A DNA stretch of 64,000 nt from Octopus bimaculoides (lineage: Eukaryota): contig NC_068982.1 in assembly GCF_001194135.2 (NCBI RefSeq), forward strand, positions 163,079,223 through 163,143,222. Direction: 5' to 3'. Within the stretch, counting starts at the first letter, position 1. The number at the start of each line of letters is the position of its first letter. Shown here one piece after another: positions 11,002 through 24,010 of this stretch. The notes beneath the pieces were generated by a model that saw only the letters and a list, made by a program, of their open reading frames with translations, was not told the DNA's origin and did not search any database. The position numbers and the translations under genes are program-made.

Positions 11002-12011
11002 CTAAATTTTTATAGGAAGGGAAAAAGAAACAAGAAAATGTAAGATTTAAAAGATACAAAAATGATATAAAATTATTAAATTTTATGGTTTATTAATCAA
11101 TTAATACTGTTAATATATTAACTTGCTGCTTATAGATTACATACATCCCCACTTAACAGCAACTCGATTATGGTGGTGTGTAGCATGATCAATAGAATGC
11201 CATTTAGTTACATTTCTTCATATTCAGAGTTCAAATCCCTGCTGGGTCAATAAAATAAATACCATTAAGGTCCTGGGTTTAATTTAATCAACCATATACC
11301 CACTCCCTAAAAATTTGTGATCTTATGCCAATGTTTGAAGTCTACAAAGCACAGTGGTTGTGAAAATAAAGTGTTGGACAACTGACCAAATGATCAAGTA
11401 GTTAAACTGTAACATTACCATTGTGTTTTTGCTCCGGTACACAAAGAGCATCAGCCTTAATTAGATTTAAAATAATGAAGTCTGGATATGGACTACACAC
11501 AATAATCAGTCATCATAGTGAGTCACTCATAGTTGGATAAAATATCTTCCTGGTAGGGTCACTTGTGAATAATAAGTTTAACACAGGATATGCTTTTGAA
11601 CACTAGGTATCACATGTATGCAACAACTGACGCCTGGATTCAATGTCAAAACAGATTAAAGTGATTGGGAACTCTGGTGTGAGAGGCTTCTTGTTGCCTT
11701 ATGCTGTAAGTAAACTTCAGTGACATACTGCAAGTTAATGATACAGTTCTTTTGCTCTTGATAGATATAAGATCTCTATCACATGATATCTCTTTATACA
11801 TTTGTATAGACTGAGCTAGTAAGAAAAGAAATTTGTCTCGATGTCATGAACACAGGATGATGACAGCATTACAATGTGAATTGTTTGTCACTCAGCTAGT
11901 AGTTCAACATATGAGAAAATCAGCCTGCTATGGTTCACAAGAATATACAACATTTATCAGCTAATCAAATATGAATTTAATATTAGAACTGGAAGGTCAG
12001 AGGTGGCTTAC

Positions 12012-12080
12012 ATATTCTGGATCTGAGAGTTCTTCAATATCCTGTAGCATGTCTTCTATAAAATCATCAGTGAGCAAAAT
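12012..12080 (-). CDS. SUFU: SUFU exon 11 (ILLTDDFIEDMLQDIEELSDPEY)
   Basis: Acceptor gctccacag, donor TAT|gtaagc, 69 nt. Aligns to human ILLTEEFVEKMLEDLEDLTSPEE. Confidence 0.95.
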
Positions 12081-12189
12081 CTGTGGAGCAATTTTGAGAT
12101 TTTATAATTAGTAGGTACAGATAGATACACACACACGCACAACCCATGACAGCATGGAAAACATGTTAAATGATGATTACACACACACA

Positions 12190-12340
12190 CACAAATATGA
12201 TGGGCTTCTTTCAGTTTCTGGCTTTGGTTGGCTCAGAGCTATAGTAAAAGACACTAGCCTAAGGTGCCACACAGTAGGACTGAACATGAACTCATGTGGT
12301 GGGAAGCAAGTTTCTTAAGTACATAGCTACGCCTGCACCT
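12190..12340 (-). mobile_element. tRNA-derived SINE (family A, CORE-like) head fragment
   Basis: Reverse complement of the head of the 19582-19950 copy, CpG-decayed. A similar copy lies at about 12785-12955. Confidence 0.75.
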
Positions 12341-12343
12341 ATT

Positions 12344-12436
<93 letters not shown>

Positions 12437-13129
12437 NNNNNNNNNNNNNNNNNNNNNNNNNNNNNNNNNNNNNNNNNNNNNNNNNNNNNNNNNNNNNNNN
12501 NNNNNNNNNNNNNNNNNNNNNNNNNNNNNNNNNNNNNNNNNNNNNNNNNNNNNNNNNNNNNNNNNNNNNNNNNNNNNNNNNNNNNNNNNNNNNNNNNNNN
12601 NNNNNNNNNNNNNNNNNNNNNNNNNNNNNNNNNNNNNNNNNNNNNNNNNNNNNNNNNNNNNNNNNNNNNNNNNNNNNNNNNNNNNNNNNNNNNNNNNNNN
12701 NNNNNNNNNNNNNNNNNNNNNNNNNNNNNNNNNNNNNNTATATATATTCCCTGTCTCTCTTTCGGAGAGGCACAAGCACATACAGAGACATATACGCATG
12801 CGGCAGTAACTTCCGCCTACCAAATTCAATCACAAAGCTTCGGTCAGCCCGGGGCTATAGCAGAAAACACTTGCCCAGGGTGCCACGTGGTGGGACTGAA
12901 CCCGAAACCATGTAGCTGGGAAGCAAGCTTCCTAACCACACAGCCATGCCCATGCCTATATATATATATAACCTAGCTGTTCATTATACAAAAGACTCAA
13001 AGATTATTACCTCACTTAGAACAAGTGAGGGATGGCATCAGGAAGGGCATCCAGTTGTAAAATAACTCTTACTTAATATAGTTTTGTCTGACCCATACAA
13101 GTATGGAAAAGGAGACATGATGATGATGA

Positions 13130-13582
13130 TCGTTTAATGTCCACCTTCCATGCTGGCATGGGTGGGATGGTTTGACAAGAGCTGGGCAGGCAGAAGCCTG
13201 CACGAGACGTCTGTAACTGTTTTGGCAAGATTTTTACAGCTGGATGCCCTTCCTAACATCAAACACTCAGCCGAGTGGACTTGGTGCTTTTTATGTGGCA
13301 CAAGCAGAGGTGAAGTCAATTTTGGCAAAGTTTTTACAGTCGGATGCCCTTCCAAATGCCAACCATTATAGTGTGGACTGGGTGCGTTTAAGTGGCACCT
13401 GCACCGACAGGGTTACTAAGTAGTTGCAAAAAAAGAAAAAAAAGAAAACTCTTTTGAGAGGGAAGGGGGCATTGGAGGTGATCTTGTGTCAGATGATGAA
13501 AGTTTATAGTGAGGCAGAGAGACAGAAACAGGTGTGCTTTCGCAAAGGAAATACATGGTTACCCAACCTGAGGGAAGTGTAG

Positions 13583-13614
<32 letters not shown>

Positions 13615-13830
13615 CAACAGGATAGAGATGATGGCAAAGTGCTGGGCATATGTAATGATACAGTGTGATAGGGAGTGGGTGGAACACGCAGGTCGGAAGC
13701 TAGTGGATAGCAATGATCCAGTGGCACAGGGCCAAGAGGACAGGATTGGGGAGTGGGAGGTAAGCCTAGTGCATGAAGTGGAAATGTGAGGAAGAGATGT
13801 AGTTTGGTTTGTTGTAGTAGAGAGCGAGAG
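13130..13830 (-). mobile_element. Composite repeat: purine/pyrimidine-skewed body plus RTE-type 3' tail
   Basis: RTE-like tail in reverse orientation at 13130-13420. The body is homologous to 41070-41330. Confidence 0.6.
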
Positions 13831-14468
13831 AAATTTTCTTGTTAAGTGTGGGTGGGGGACACAGCACTTCTAGAACTCAGTTTCGCTGATGTGGGCGGGT
13901 CTTCATCTAACTTTACCATTCTTAATGACTTACACCAATATCTTCCACATCTGAAATCCCCAGATGATACTTTTTGCTTTGCTCTAACTACACTTTGAAT
14001 ATATATAAAAGACCATGTCACCACATCAATTTTTGCTACTCTGGCACCATTTCTTCAAATACCAAATTCTTAACAAATCACTATCAAATGAATATCCCAA
14101 ACGGCACCTTAATGATTACTCTTAAACAATGTAGCCTGGAATATCCTAAACAAAGTATTTAACTTCTTTCTTTGCTATCTACTTGGAATTATGGAAGCAA
14201 GCATCTTGTATGCTTTTTTCGGCAGGAAAGAAGATCCTTCTGACCTCAACTTCACTGACATTTGTCCTTTTGTTTTCACATTCCCAATATTTCTGTAATG
14301 TAAGGAAACCATATTCTATGACAACACCCAGAAGTTCTTCCATTATTTGAGAACCACTGTACAAAGAATAATGACAAAAATATATTTAATGCAACACTCT
14401 TGCATCAATTTATACACACATACAGTTATCTAAGAAAAGAGAATAAGTGAAAACAAGAGGTTACCAAC

Positions 14469-14607
14469 CTGAAGCCAAGGACCATGTGTAGCATATGGAT
14501 GCTGCTCATCTGCTATGGAACCTGTGACACTGCTTGAGACCAATGTCACTGCCACATCATTCAGTACACTCTTGAATGTAAAATGACGGCCATGTCTTAA
14601 TCTGCCT
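14469..14607 (-). CDS. SUFU: SUFU exon 10 (GRLRHGRHFTFKSVLNDVAVTLVSSSVTGSIADEQHPYATHGPWLQ)
   Basis: Acceptor tttgtttcggtag, donor CAG|gttggt, 139 nt. Contains GRLxHGRHFT and HGPWLQ signatures. Below the ORF-track length cutoff. Confidence 0.97.
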
Positions 14608-15376
14608 CTACCGAAACAAAGAAATATCTTGTATGAAACAGAATCCTAAAATCAAATAGACATTAGGTAAGTTCATAAATTAAAATACCTACTGAGAATA
14701 TATTAATTAAATAGAGAAATTAAATAGATGCACAAACATACGTTAAAAAGAAAACTGAGAAATAAATACGATGGAAGCAGCAAGTTTAGTCTAGATGTAA
14801 GCAATATGGGCTTCTAAGCAGTTAATGAAATTATTATTTTAGCAGAAGTTTGAGTTTTTAAACAAACTTCCAACAGATGAAGAAATACTAAGTACAATGT
14901 GATAATTTTTTGTGGGTACTAGACAAAGGTAAGGTAACCTTACTGGCTGATAAATAAGTAGATATTACTGGATAATAAATAACAAATAGTTATGAATAAC
15001 ATAGTGCTTACATGACAAGTATTGACAAATATTGCTATATGATAGTGAATAAGAGGTGGTAGATATACATTAGGTGAGTGACTTTGTGTCTTCATTAAAT
15101 AAATGAAATCACTGTTTCTAGACAAGCCAATGAGGGAGCTGGTACATAATCACACACGCCACAGAAATAGTTAAATCACACACTATTGCATTAAAAGAAA
15201 ACACAAGGATACATGGAAATTTAACTTAGGATATACACTATTCCTGGCCATGGTTTGTAAGCTTCAAATGTGTGTATGTGTTTGTACCTGTTAGGTCTGG
15301 TTCTTGACACAAATAAAATAATGTGTCTTACAACAGAAAGTAGTAGTGAGATACAATGGAAAAAGTAAGAACATAC

Positions 15377-15520
15377 TTAAGAGCCAGTGGGAGTAATAAT
15401 CCAGCTTCTAAATTGAGTTTTAGGTGAACATTATCCAATGTGCGAGTGCGGAATAGTTCAGACGGAACTTCAGATGCCAATGTGCTGTCAAAAGATTCTT
15501 TCCTTGACCCATTTTGATTG
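15377..15520 (-). CDS. SUFU: SUFU exon 9 (NQNGSRKESFDSTLASEVPSELFRTRTLDNVHLKLNLEAGLLLPLALK)
   Basis: Acceptor ttattttcag, donor AA|gtatgt, 144 nt. Aligns to human SRKDSLES...ELIRTRQLESVHLKFNQESGALIPLCLR. Confidence 0.95.
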
Positions 15521-16421
15521 CTGAAAATAAACAATAGTTTTTTTGATTGTTTTGTGAAGAAACTTAAAACTGGTTCTGTATATGTATATAGGAATAAAAC
15601 TTTTTGGTAGTGTACAGAACGGTATGTTAGTAATAATAATAAGGTTAGTTAGAAGAAAAGAAGAAACTACTCATTAATCTCTATATACACAGGTAAAGAA
15701 AGTCTTCAAATTTTCCAAGGAAATGAAATGAAACGAAATGAAATAAAAATGAAATAGAATTAAAACAACATAAAACAAATTAAAATATTTACATCATTCA
15801 TGTCAAGTGACCACATAAAGGCAGTCTCCTTGGTGTATAAATTGTTATTAGTATGTTATATTCTGTGAATGGTGGTAGTAGGTGGGAATGGTAGTACAGT
15901 GGATTGAATTGTTTTCAGTATATAGTTCTATGCCTCTACTTATTCTTTGAGTCCAATAAAATTAAGATCCAATCATACCAGTGGGATGGAGGTGAGTAAC
16001 TGATATAAGTATATGCCACTTCAATAAAATGCATAATGTTGTACTAATGTGAAAAATTATTATTGCATTTGTAGCTTTGTTATTTTGTAATATATTAAAT
16101 ATTATAGACTATTTGCAGTGAATATATATTCTGGTACCTGTAAAAAATTACAATGTAACAGTATTGATAATGAGTGTTTGATGAAAAAAAGGTGTGCTTA
16201 CTGAAGCTCAACTATGACAGAAAGTTGTGAAAATTTGAGAAGTGATGGCATCATAAATGATAAACATATCCAGCCTATGCCATTGAGAAACATGGACAGT
16301 AAAATAACATTGAATAACAGAAATGTAAGGAATTGAAGATTTACATAAAGCAAAATAAGAAAAGTAATTAATGGTAAAACAGTCATAAAAGAAAAAAATG
16401 TTATAAAATATAAATATTTAC

Positions 16422-16524
16422 TGTAAAACACCCTCGATATTTTCATTTTGTTCTGATAGTAATGAGGAGTTGACAAGGGAATTATGTAAACCTTTCTGCA
16501 AAACAGCTCGAATTTGTTCTGATT
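16422..16524 (-). CDS. SUFU: SUFU exon 8 (ESEQIRAVLQKGLHNSLVNSSLLSEQNENIEGVLH)
   Basis: Acceptor ggcatttcag. EQIRAVLQKGL aligns to human EQIRETLRRGL. Donor CA|gtaaat is the only GT giving the required phase 2 before an in-frame stop. 103 nt. Confidence 0.85.
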
Positions 16525-16962
16525 CTGAAATGCCAAAAGAAAATTTCTGGATAACAACTGCTTTGATTATAAGGTTCAATAATTTATGAGGTGTGTGTGC
16601 CAGTATGCCTCAGTATGTTGTTTCTTTTGAATAAGGCACAAGTGCAGTTGTTACTGAGCAGATGATATTGTTAACTTAATTGCTCCTAGTATATTAGATA
16701 CTTATTTTGTCAATTTTACAAGTTATCCTAATAAAATTTTACGTCAAAGTGTTGAGAGTGAAATTAAATACTGAGGGGTATTTAGCTTGGCAGTCTGTTT
16801 CTATAAACTCAATGTATATGAGTGAAGCATTACAATAATGCATATTCATATATAAGTAAGTGAAGGAAAGAAACATTATATGAAATACCTATGTCCATAT
16901 GAGGGAGGTGAAATGAATACATACACATACATTACACGAAAGTGAGAGAGAGACTGATATAC

Positions 16963-17137
16963 CTATATCTGATATATGAGGTCTTTCAAGACTACAGCGC
17001 CTTTCTTCCTCAATAAGACGGTTCTCTTTATTGTCTTCATTACCATGATTGTTGGAAAGTATTTCATCCCAGAAGCACCTACTGCTGACACCGCTAAGGT
17101 TAGAACCTTCTTGTTCAATACCACTGTCCACTCTCTC
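16963..17137 (-). CDS. SUFU: SUFU exon 7 (ERVDSGIEQEGSNLSGVSSRCFWDEILSNNHGNEDNKENRLIEEERRCSLERPHISDI)
   Basis: Acceptor ttgattttag, donor AG|gtatat, 175 nt. Contains the GSNLSGVS signature. Confidence 0.95.
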
Positions 17138-18735
17138 CTAAAATCAAAGAGGAAAAGCTTAATAATGGTAAAACTTACTATGACTTGCAGAGTTAGAGTA
17201 TAGACAGATGATGCTAACAGAATATGTAACCTGTAAACATTTTCAAACTGGAAAGAAAGAAAAATTATTTGCAGGAAAATACAACAAAGGTAGAGCAGAA
17301 AAAGGCTTTATTCAGCAGAATTTAATGTTTATGTCTTATAATATATATATATATATATACAGAGAGAGAGAGAGACAGAAACAGAGAGAGGGTGCTGTGT
17401 GCATATGGAATTTGTTTTATGATTACATGTCTTCAGGATCGTAAGATACCACTGTGTGATATCTTACACAAGTGCCTTCTATTAAGGCCTTGGGGGAATC
17501 TGATACTTTGTGAGAGGAACTGGCAGATGAGAATTGAAGGAATGGAATTGAAACAGAATCATGGAATTGGTTTGACATTAGATTGCATATCAAAAACTTC
17601 ACGTCATTGATGTAATGCTCCTGTTTTTCACAAGAATATTCAAAGTGTATGCAAAACAATTACATTTCAAAATTGCAACCTACTTATAAAATTAGTTTCC
17701 ACCAGCCAGAGTGAAAAAAGAATTACTGTGTGGCATTACAAAAACCAAACACACATTCACCTCTACACCCTTATGACACATGATTGCAACACAAGCTTAT
17801 ATCAATAATTCTATTTGAATTTTTTGTTCTTTTCTGTTAGCAGACATCCCAAAATATCAAATCTTTAGTTTTTAGTTTCTGACAGCTGTATTGTATAGAA
17901 CACACTACAAGGGAACGGTCAACTAAAAATGTTTATATACATGCTGTACTTGGTTAATTTTTGCTTAATTGCTTAATTTTAATTTTTTTCCATTACATAA
18001 TCTTTTCACAACTAGAGAATTTAACCAAATTATAAAAAATTATACCTAATAGAAGCAAATAGTATGCTCAAAATGTACCACAATCTTTTTCTCAACTTTT
18101 GACACTCAATCACTGTTTAACTCTTCTTAAATAAAGGTCTTATATTTTCTCAACAGGTATAGTTTTCATAACTATTATGCTAACATCCTTTTTACAAGTT
18201 CATCTCCATTCTCTAGATTGCTACCCAAAATAATTCAATATGAATTATAGAAAATATAAAATATCAACTTAGACAAGTTTGTATTGTTCATTTATTTAAC
18301 ATCTCTGTTTTTTCATCTTAGCATGGGTTGGACAGAGAATTATTTAAGGCAGCATTTTATGGTCAGATGCCTTTTTTATTTCCAACTCTTATGTGTTTTT
18401 TAAGTAAGGGAAAGTTTTCTATTCACTGGTCTTTGAAAGCATAGAAGAACTTGTCTTAATGTCAACAAGGAATGTAATTATCACCATTTCAGTGATCCAG
18501 TGACAAAAAAAAAAACAAACAGTAGAATGTCAATACTCATACTCATGTACAGTTCTCATTTACCAATTCCAGGGTTACAGTAGAAGACACTTTCCCAAAG
18601 CGATATACAGTGGGACTGAACCTGAAACCCTGTGGTTGAAAAGCCAACTTAATCATGCAGCATACTTGTAGCAAGTCTTAAAATATAATTGATACATGAT
18701 TAAAACATGTCTTTTCATAATCAATCAAAGCTTAC

Positions 18736-18808
18736 TTGTAATGAAGGATCCAACTCAAAGATGCTCTCTCCTCTTCTCATATCTGTTATTAACCAAGCTC
18801 CTCCAGCC
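18736..18808 (-). CDS. SUFU: SUFU exon 6 (AGGAWLITDMRRGESIFELDPSLQ)
   Basis: Acceptor gtcttcacag, donor CAA|gtaagc, 73 nt. Contains the WLITDMRRGE signature. Confidence 0.96.
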
Positions 18809-19581
18809 CTGTGAAGACAAAAAAATACATCAAAGAAAAAGCTGTTATAGACGTAAAGTTGTAAGACTGTGGTTGTGGATCAGTAAGTAGGTAGGTATGT
18901 ATACAATGTTTACATACATGTAGAAAGATATTTGTATAATGTTGGAAAAGGTATTATATCAAGTGGATGTTCTTTCTAATATTAATTATATCAGGGAAAT
19001 TTCAGATGGAACTATTTTCAAGCAGGTAGATTGAAGCAGCAAAACTAATGAGTTCTACCTAAGAGAACAACACAAACACTATAAGCAGAGTATGTTATAA
19101 AGCTTAATAAGTGGTCAGTAGTCCACTACTTTAAGTTTATAGCCACTAAATTCAACATAAGAAAAATCATTTGTTGGGAATTCTACGATCAGAGAAAAGA
19201 GAAAACCATGAACCAATTCTAAACTACATGTTTTCCCCCAAGTCACCAGGAATTCACTCAAATTATCCTGCAAACATTATAGCATAAATACAAAAGTTGA
19301 AAAACCACTGGTCTATAAATTTGAGACAAACATTTAGTTAGGCCTTTTGTCAATTTACAAAGTTATTTTCCTTGATAAATTTCATACTTATTGTGATGAA
19401 AAGTTTGTTCTTACCAATATATTTAGACAATAACAGAAATATAACATAAAAATTAAAGATAGTTAATCAGTTTAGGTTGAATTTTTTGAAGAATTTCTCA
19501 GGATTCAACTGAATATTTGAAACTATTAACGTATAGTGAACTACTATGCTGTATTAAATGCTAATAATTCCTGTAGAAGAA

Positions 19582-19950
19582 GGCGCAGGAGTGGCTGTGT
19601 GGTAAGTAGCTTGCTTACCAACCACATGGTTCTGGGTTCAGTCCCACTGCGTGGCACCTTGGGCAAGTATCTTCTATTATAGCCTCGGGCCGACCAAAGC
19701 CTTGCGAGTGGATTTGGTAGACAGAAACAGAAAGAAGCCCGTCGTATATATGTATATATATATGTATGTGTGTTTGTGTGTCTGTGTTTGTCCCCCCACA
19801 ATCGTCCCCGTAACTTAGCGGTTCGGCAAGAAGAGGCCGATAGAATAAGTACTAGGCTTACAAAGAATAAGTCCTGGGGTCGATTTTCTCGACTAAAGGT
19901 GGTGCTCTAGCATGGCCACAGTCAAATGACTGAAACAAGTAAAAGAGTAA
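19582..19950 (+). mobile_element. Full-length tRNA-derived SINE (family A, CORE-like; resembles octopus OR-type SINEs)
   Basis: A-box TGGCTGTGTGG, B-box GGTTCAGTCC, CORE-like GGCACCTTGGGCAAGT, internal TA/TG run and TGAAACAAGTAAAAGAG tail. About ten copies occur in the window. Confidence 0.85.
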
Positions 19951-20166
19951 GAGAGCAATAAAAAGCCAACTAGAAATAACCATGCAGTAAAGAAGAAACA
20001 ATTTTAGCATTAACTAATATCGTTTATAATTATTTCGGTAAGTATGGGAGATAATTCTGGACATATTTCGAATTGTTATGACCTGGTAAATAAAAATAGA
20101 CATCACAGTTTTGGGAGTTAAAAATTAGTGATTTAGTGTAGCCGGAAGGCTAAGCTGTATACTTAC

Positions 20167-20252
20167 ACTGCAACAGAACGCAGCAACTCAATAACTCCAG
20201 GGCCATTCCAATGTTGGGCAGCTTTTAATTCTTCACTACAAACTCCTACAAT
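20167..20252 (-). CDS. SUFU: SUFU exon 5 (IVGVCSEELKAAQHWNGPGVIELLRSVAV)
   Basis: Acceptor tttttcag, donor GT|gtaagt, 86 nt, in frame with neighbouring exons. Confidence 0.96.
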
Positions 20253-20987
20253 CTGAAAAATATATGAGAGAAAAAATAAACTTCAATATTGATTCCCTAT
20301 ATTCACACATAATCTCAAATTCACAACAGTCTGTAAAGTCAATTGAACCAACCTCTCAGATATAACTGGTATTTATCATATTTTATCAATTCTACATTCA
20401 TAATAAATAAAGTCAACAATACCAGTAGGATTTCAACTAGGAATGTTTAGTGACTACAAAATTAAATATTCAAAAGTGTTTTAGCCATTTCCCAACCATA
20501 TAGAAATTCAATTAAAAAAATTTGTTTTTAACTTGAAGGTAAATGAATAAATAAATAAATAAAGGACTTGATCACTGTTCAATTGTTGATCTCAAAATTA
20601 TGGCTTCAAACATGTGCCAGACCTCTGATTTATATGTAAAATACTAACTATTATGATTTCTAACATAGAGGGACAGTCATTTTGAGAGAGGAACAGTTGA
20701 TGTAAGTAACTTTGTACAGTTTGAACTCAGAATGCAAAGCATTCTACAGAGAAAAATCCATTTATAACTGTAAATGGTTTGAACAATCATTAATAGATAA
20801 ACGAAAAATGAGAAGTGAGAGAGAAGTGAATAGACTGAATATGAAGAAACATAAAGGTGAAAAGTATCCTAAGTTAGGCAAAGCACTAATGTTTTAGATA
20901 AGGTGGAAAAAAAAAAATCCAGAGTAACAATAGCTTACATGGTAAGAAAAGAATATATAAAAACGGGACAGAAATGGTGGAATTCAC

Positions 20988-21130
20988 CTGTATGAAACTA
21001 ACAACACCAAATGGTGTTAAAATTGGTTGCAATTGTACATCTTCTGTCATAAGCATATGCTGAACACGAGATTCACTGCCATCCAATGGGGCATGCCAAG
21101 ACACATGGTCACCACTACAAAGGATGTTTT
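20988..21130 (-). CDS. SUFU: SUFU exon 4 (ENILCSGDHVSWHAPLDGSESRVQHMLMTEDVQLQPILTPFGVVSFIQ)
   Basis: Poly-T then caacag acceptor, donor CAG|gtgaat, 143 nt. Contains GDHVSWH, which carries Gli-contacting residues in vertebrate SUFU. Confidence 0.97.
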
Positions 21131-21720
21131 CTGTTGAAAAAAAAAAATGTAACCGTCATTATGTAATTAATGAATTGCAAAGATTGGTGCATATAAGAAG
21201 ACATAGTTTATATCTATACAGAAACAGTATAATGAACTAACTTGCATTATATCGTATATAATACTGTATTTAATTGTATTCTAATCTATATTGCACATTG
21301 CTATGTTACATAGTACAGTGCTATAATATACATTATCATACTGTACTGCATTATACAGTATTATTTCATGATATACTGCAGTATAGTACTATTTTGTAGT
21401 CTATTGCATTATAGTTATTATACTATAGCATATTGCATTACACTAAATTACAATCTTTTACACAATACTGCACTATATATTACTGAGGAATACTAAATTA
21501 TACTGAAAGAGCCTCTATATGGTCACTCAATCTGCTAGAAACAGCAGCCAAATCTCCCTTTATTCACATTTCATTAGAAAATGAAATGTGGGATAAGGTA
21601 GTACTAAATTCCCTGCATGTAGGAAAAAGATGGGATGGTTATAGCTGGAACACCAGGAACTAAACGACAACAATAATACCATACTGAACTATTTCACATA
21701 TGACAATATTCTACTGGACT

Positions 21721-21935
21721 AAGGCGGCGAGCTGGCAGAATGCTAGCACACCGGGTGAAATGCTTAATGGTATTACGTTTGTCTTTACGTTCTGAGTTCA
21801 AGTCCTGCCAAGGTAGACGTTGCCTTTCATCCTTTTGGGGTCGATAAATTAAGTAGAAGTTACATACTGGGGTTGATCTAATCGACTGGTCCCCTCCCAC
21901 AAAATTTCGGGACTTGTGCCTAGAGTAGAAAGGAA
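21721..21935 (+). mobile_element. tRNA-derived SINE (family B; core GCCTTTCATCCTTTTGGGGTCGATAAATTAAGTA)
   Basis: A-box GAGCTGGCAGAATG and B-box GAGTTCAAGTCC. The core resembles the Meta/Sauria-type SINE domain, from memory. Confidence 0.8.
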
Positions 21936-22195
21936 TATTCTACTGGACTATATTGTGCAGCTATACTATATTGCAATGTACTATTCTATACTATTGTCTA
22001 CATTATTGTGCTACAGTAGAGCTGAAAAGAGGTAATGCCAAGAGATTTGAATATTACCAGCCATTGACAAGCTACATAATCTCGAGCATCTAAGACCATA
22101 TGTCTCATAAGTCTGCTGTTTTCAAATATGAAACAGGTCTAACAATGTGACACCCAAAACAATGCCTGCACTTCAAACAATGGATAAGTAAATAC

Positions 22196-22335
22196 CTGAT
22201 TGAAAGACATAACGTCCTAATGATTGCATTAAGGCAGCAGGCCATGTAGGGGGGTTCGTTTCACCTGGTTCTCGTCGGAGCCTAAATGTGAGCTCAAAAC
22301 CAAATCCACTGGGGCCGTCATTATTGGTGCTTCGC
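22196..22335 (-). CDS. SUFU: SUFU exon 3 (RSTNNDGPSGFGFELTFRLRREPGETNPPTWPAALMQSLGRYVFQS)
   Basis: Acceptor ttcctttcag, donor AG|gtattt, 140 nt. Contains the GPSGFGFELTFRL signature. Not shown in this frame by the ORF track. Confidence 0.97.
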
Positions 22336-22649
22336 CTGAAAGGAAATTAAAACAATAAACAATAAATAATACATCTGCATTTTGAAGCATGATGGTCCTG
22401 TAAGTAGTACTCCAATGAAGAAAGCCTTCACATTTGCTGCCTACTTGGCATCCAAATCTACACACAAATTAAATCTCTCAAAATTTATTCATTTCCATAC
22501 CACAAGAACTATTTTTCCAGTTAACCTTCCTCTGAAATTGCTGCACCTCTTATATGTCCATAGCTTATGGAATTCTTATCTATGCCTTTCCTCCAGAATG
22601 AGAAGGGCCATCTACCTGAAGGCATTTGTGATTTGTCTACCTTCCTCCT

Positions 22650-24010
22650 AAGACTTTGGTTTTTGCTGGGTTAACTCTAAGGCCCTTTGATTCTAGACCT
22701 TGCATGCACACCTGAAATGTCTTCACTAGTTTTGGTGTAGCTGATTTAGCTATGAGAACAAAGTCATCAGCATAGAGGAACTCCTAGGGGTAAACCATCT
22801 AAATTCCTCTGTTATTGCCTGGAGGACTATGATGAACAGGAGGGGGCTGAGAACTGATTCTTGGTGAACCCCTACTTGTACTCTGAAGTCATCGCTATAC
22901 TTGTTGCCAACCCTCACCTTACTGACCACATCTCTGTACATGGCTTGTACAGGTCTCACCAACCACTCATCTATCCCTAGTTTCTGCATTGACTACCAGA
23001 TAAGGGATCGGGAGACCCTGTCAAAAGCTTTTCCAAGTCAACAAGAGCCAAGTACAGAGGTTTATCTGTGGCTAGGTACTTCTCCTGCAGCCGCCTTACC
23101 AGAAATATAGCATCGGTGGTGCTTCTCCCTGGTACAAAACTAAATTGCATCTCATCTAGACTCTCTCCCTAATTAGTTGGGCTATGGCCCTTCCTGTGAC
23201 TTTCATCACCTGATCCAACAATTTGATACCTCTGTAGTTACTTCTATCTAAGGCATCACCTTTACCTTTGTAGCTGTTGACTATGGTGCTACTGCACCAG
23301 TCATTGGGTATGATTCCTTCAAGTACCACCTGATTAAATATACAGATCATAGCCCACACTGCCAGATATTTTAAGCATCTCAGCAGTTATTCCTGATGGG
23401 CTGGGAGCTTTCCCCATCTTCATATCCTTCATGGCTTTGTCTACAACATTACTGTCTATTTGGATTGCTGGTCCTTCTGTTAGATCAACATCAGGCAGAC
23501 TCTCCTTCTACAATAAGTTCTTTACATTCAGTAGCTTTTCATAGACACCTGGGTGCTTCCCAACATGTCCATTGAAATCACCAGCCACAAAGATAAGATC
23601 ACTGTCATTTATCATCAAAGTGGCCTGCAAAAGAGCGTCATAAAAACAGTCCTTTTGTTCATTTGAACAGCTGACCCGGCTGGGGAGGGGGTCAACATAG
23701 GTAGAGAGGAATGTTGCAATGCAATTCTACAAAACTAGTCTCAGCTTAAGTATCCTATCACATATTCTGACTACTTCAATCACCTTGTTTACCCATTTCT
23801 CAGCTAGAAGTATGCCAACACCTCCTACCCCATCACTGTTGCCCTCCCAAAAGAATTTATACCTACGCCTTTCACCAGTGAGGAACCTGGCTGAAGCTCC
23901 CTTCCACCAAACTTTTTGGATGCAGCATACATCAACATGTCTCATAGAGAGTTAGTAGCTGTTCAAGACTGAAATATTTTCTGGTCCTGAAGATGAATCT
24001 TTTGTGATAC
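22650..24010 (-). mobile_element. RTE LINE fragment with APE endonuclease N-terminus and RT segments, internally deleted
   Basis: VDVCCIQ, GVGGVGILL, NYRGIKLLDQVMK and GVHQESVLSPLLF motifs in ORFs 23727-23945, 23156-23359 and 22750-22989. Confidence 0.9.

Noticed and set aside
13840-14340. Possible Penelope RT remnant in intron 10
   Set aside because: No diagnostic motif could be read in any frame.
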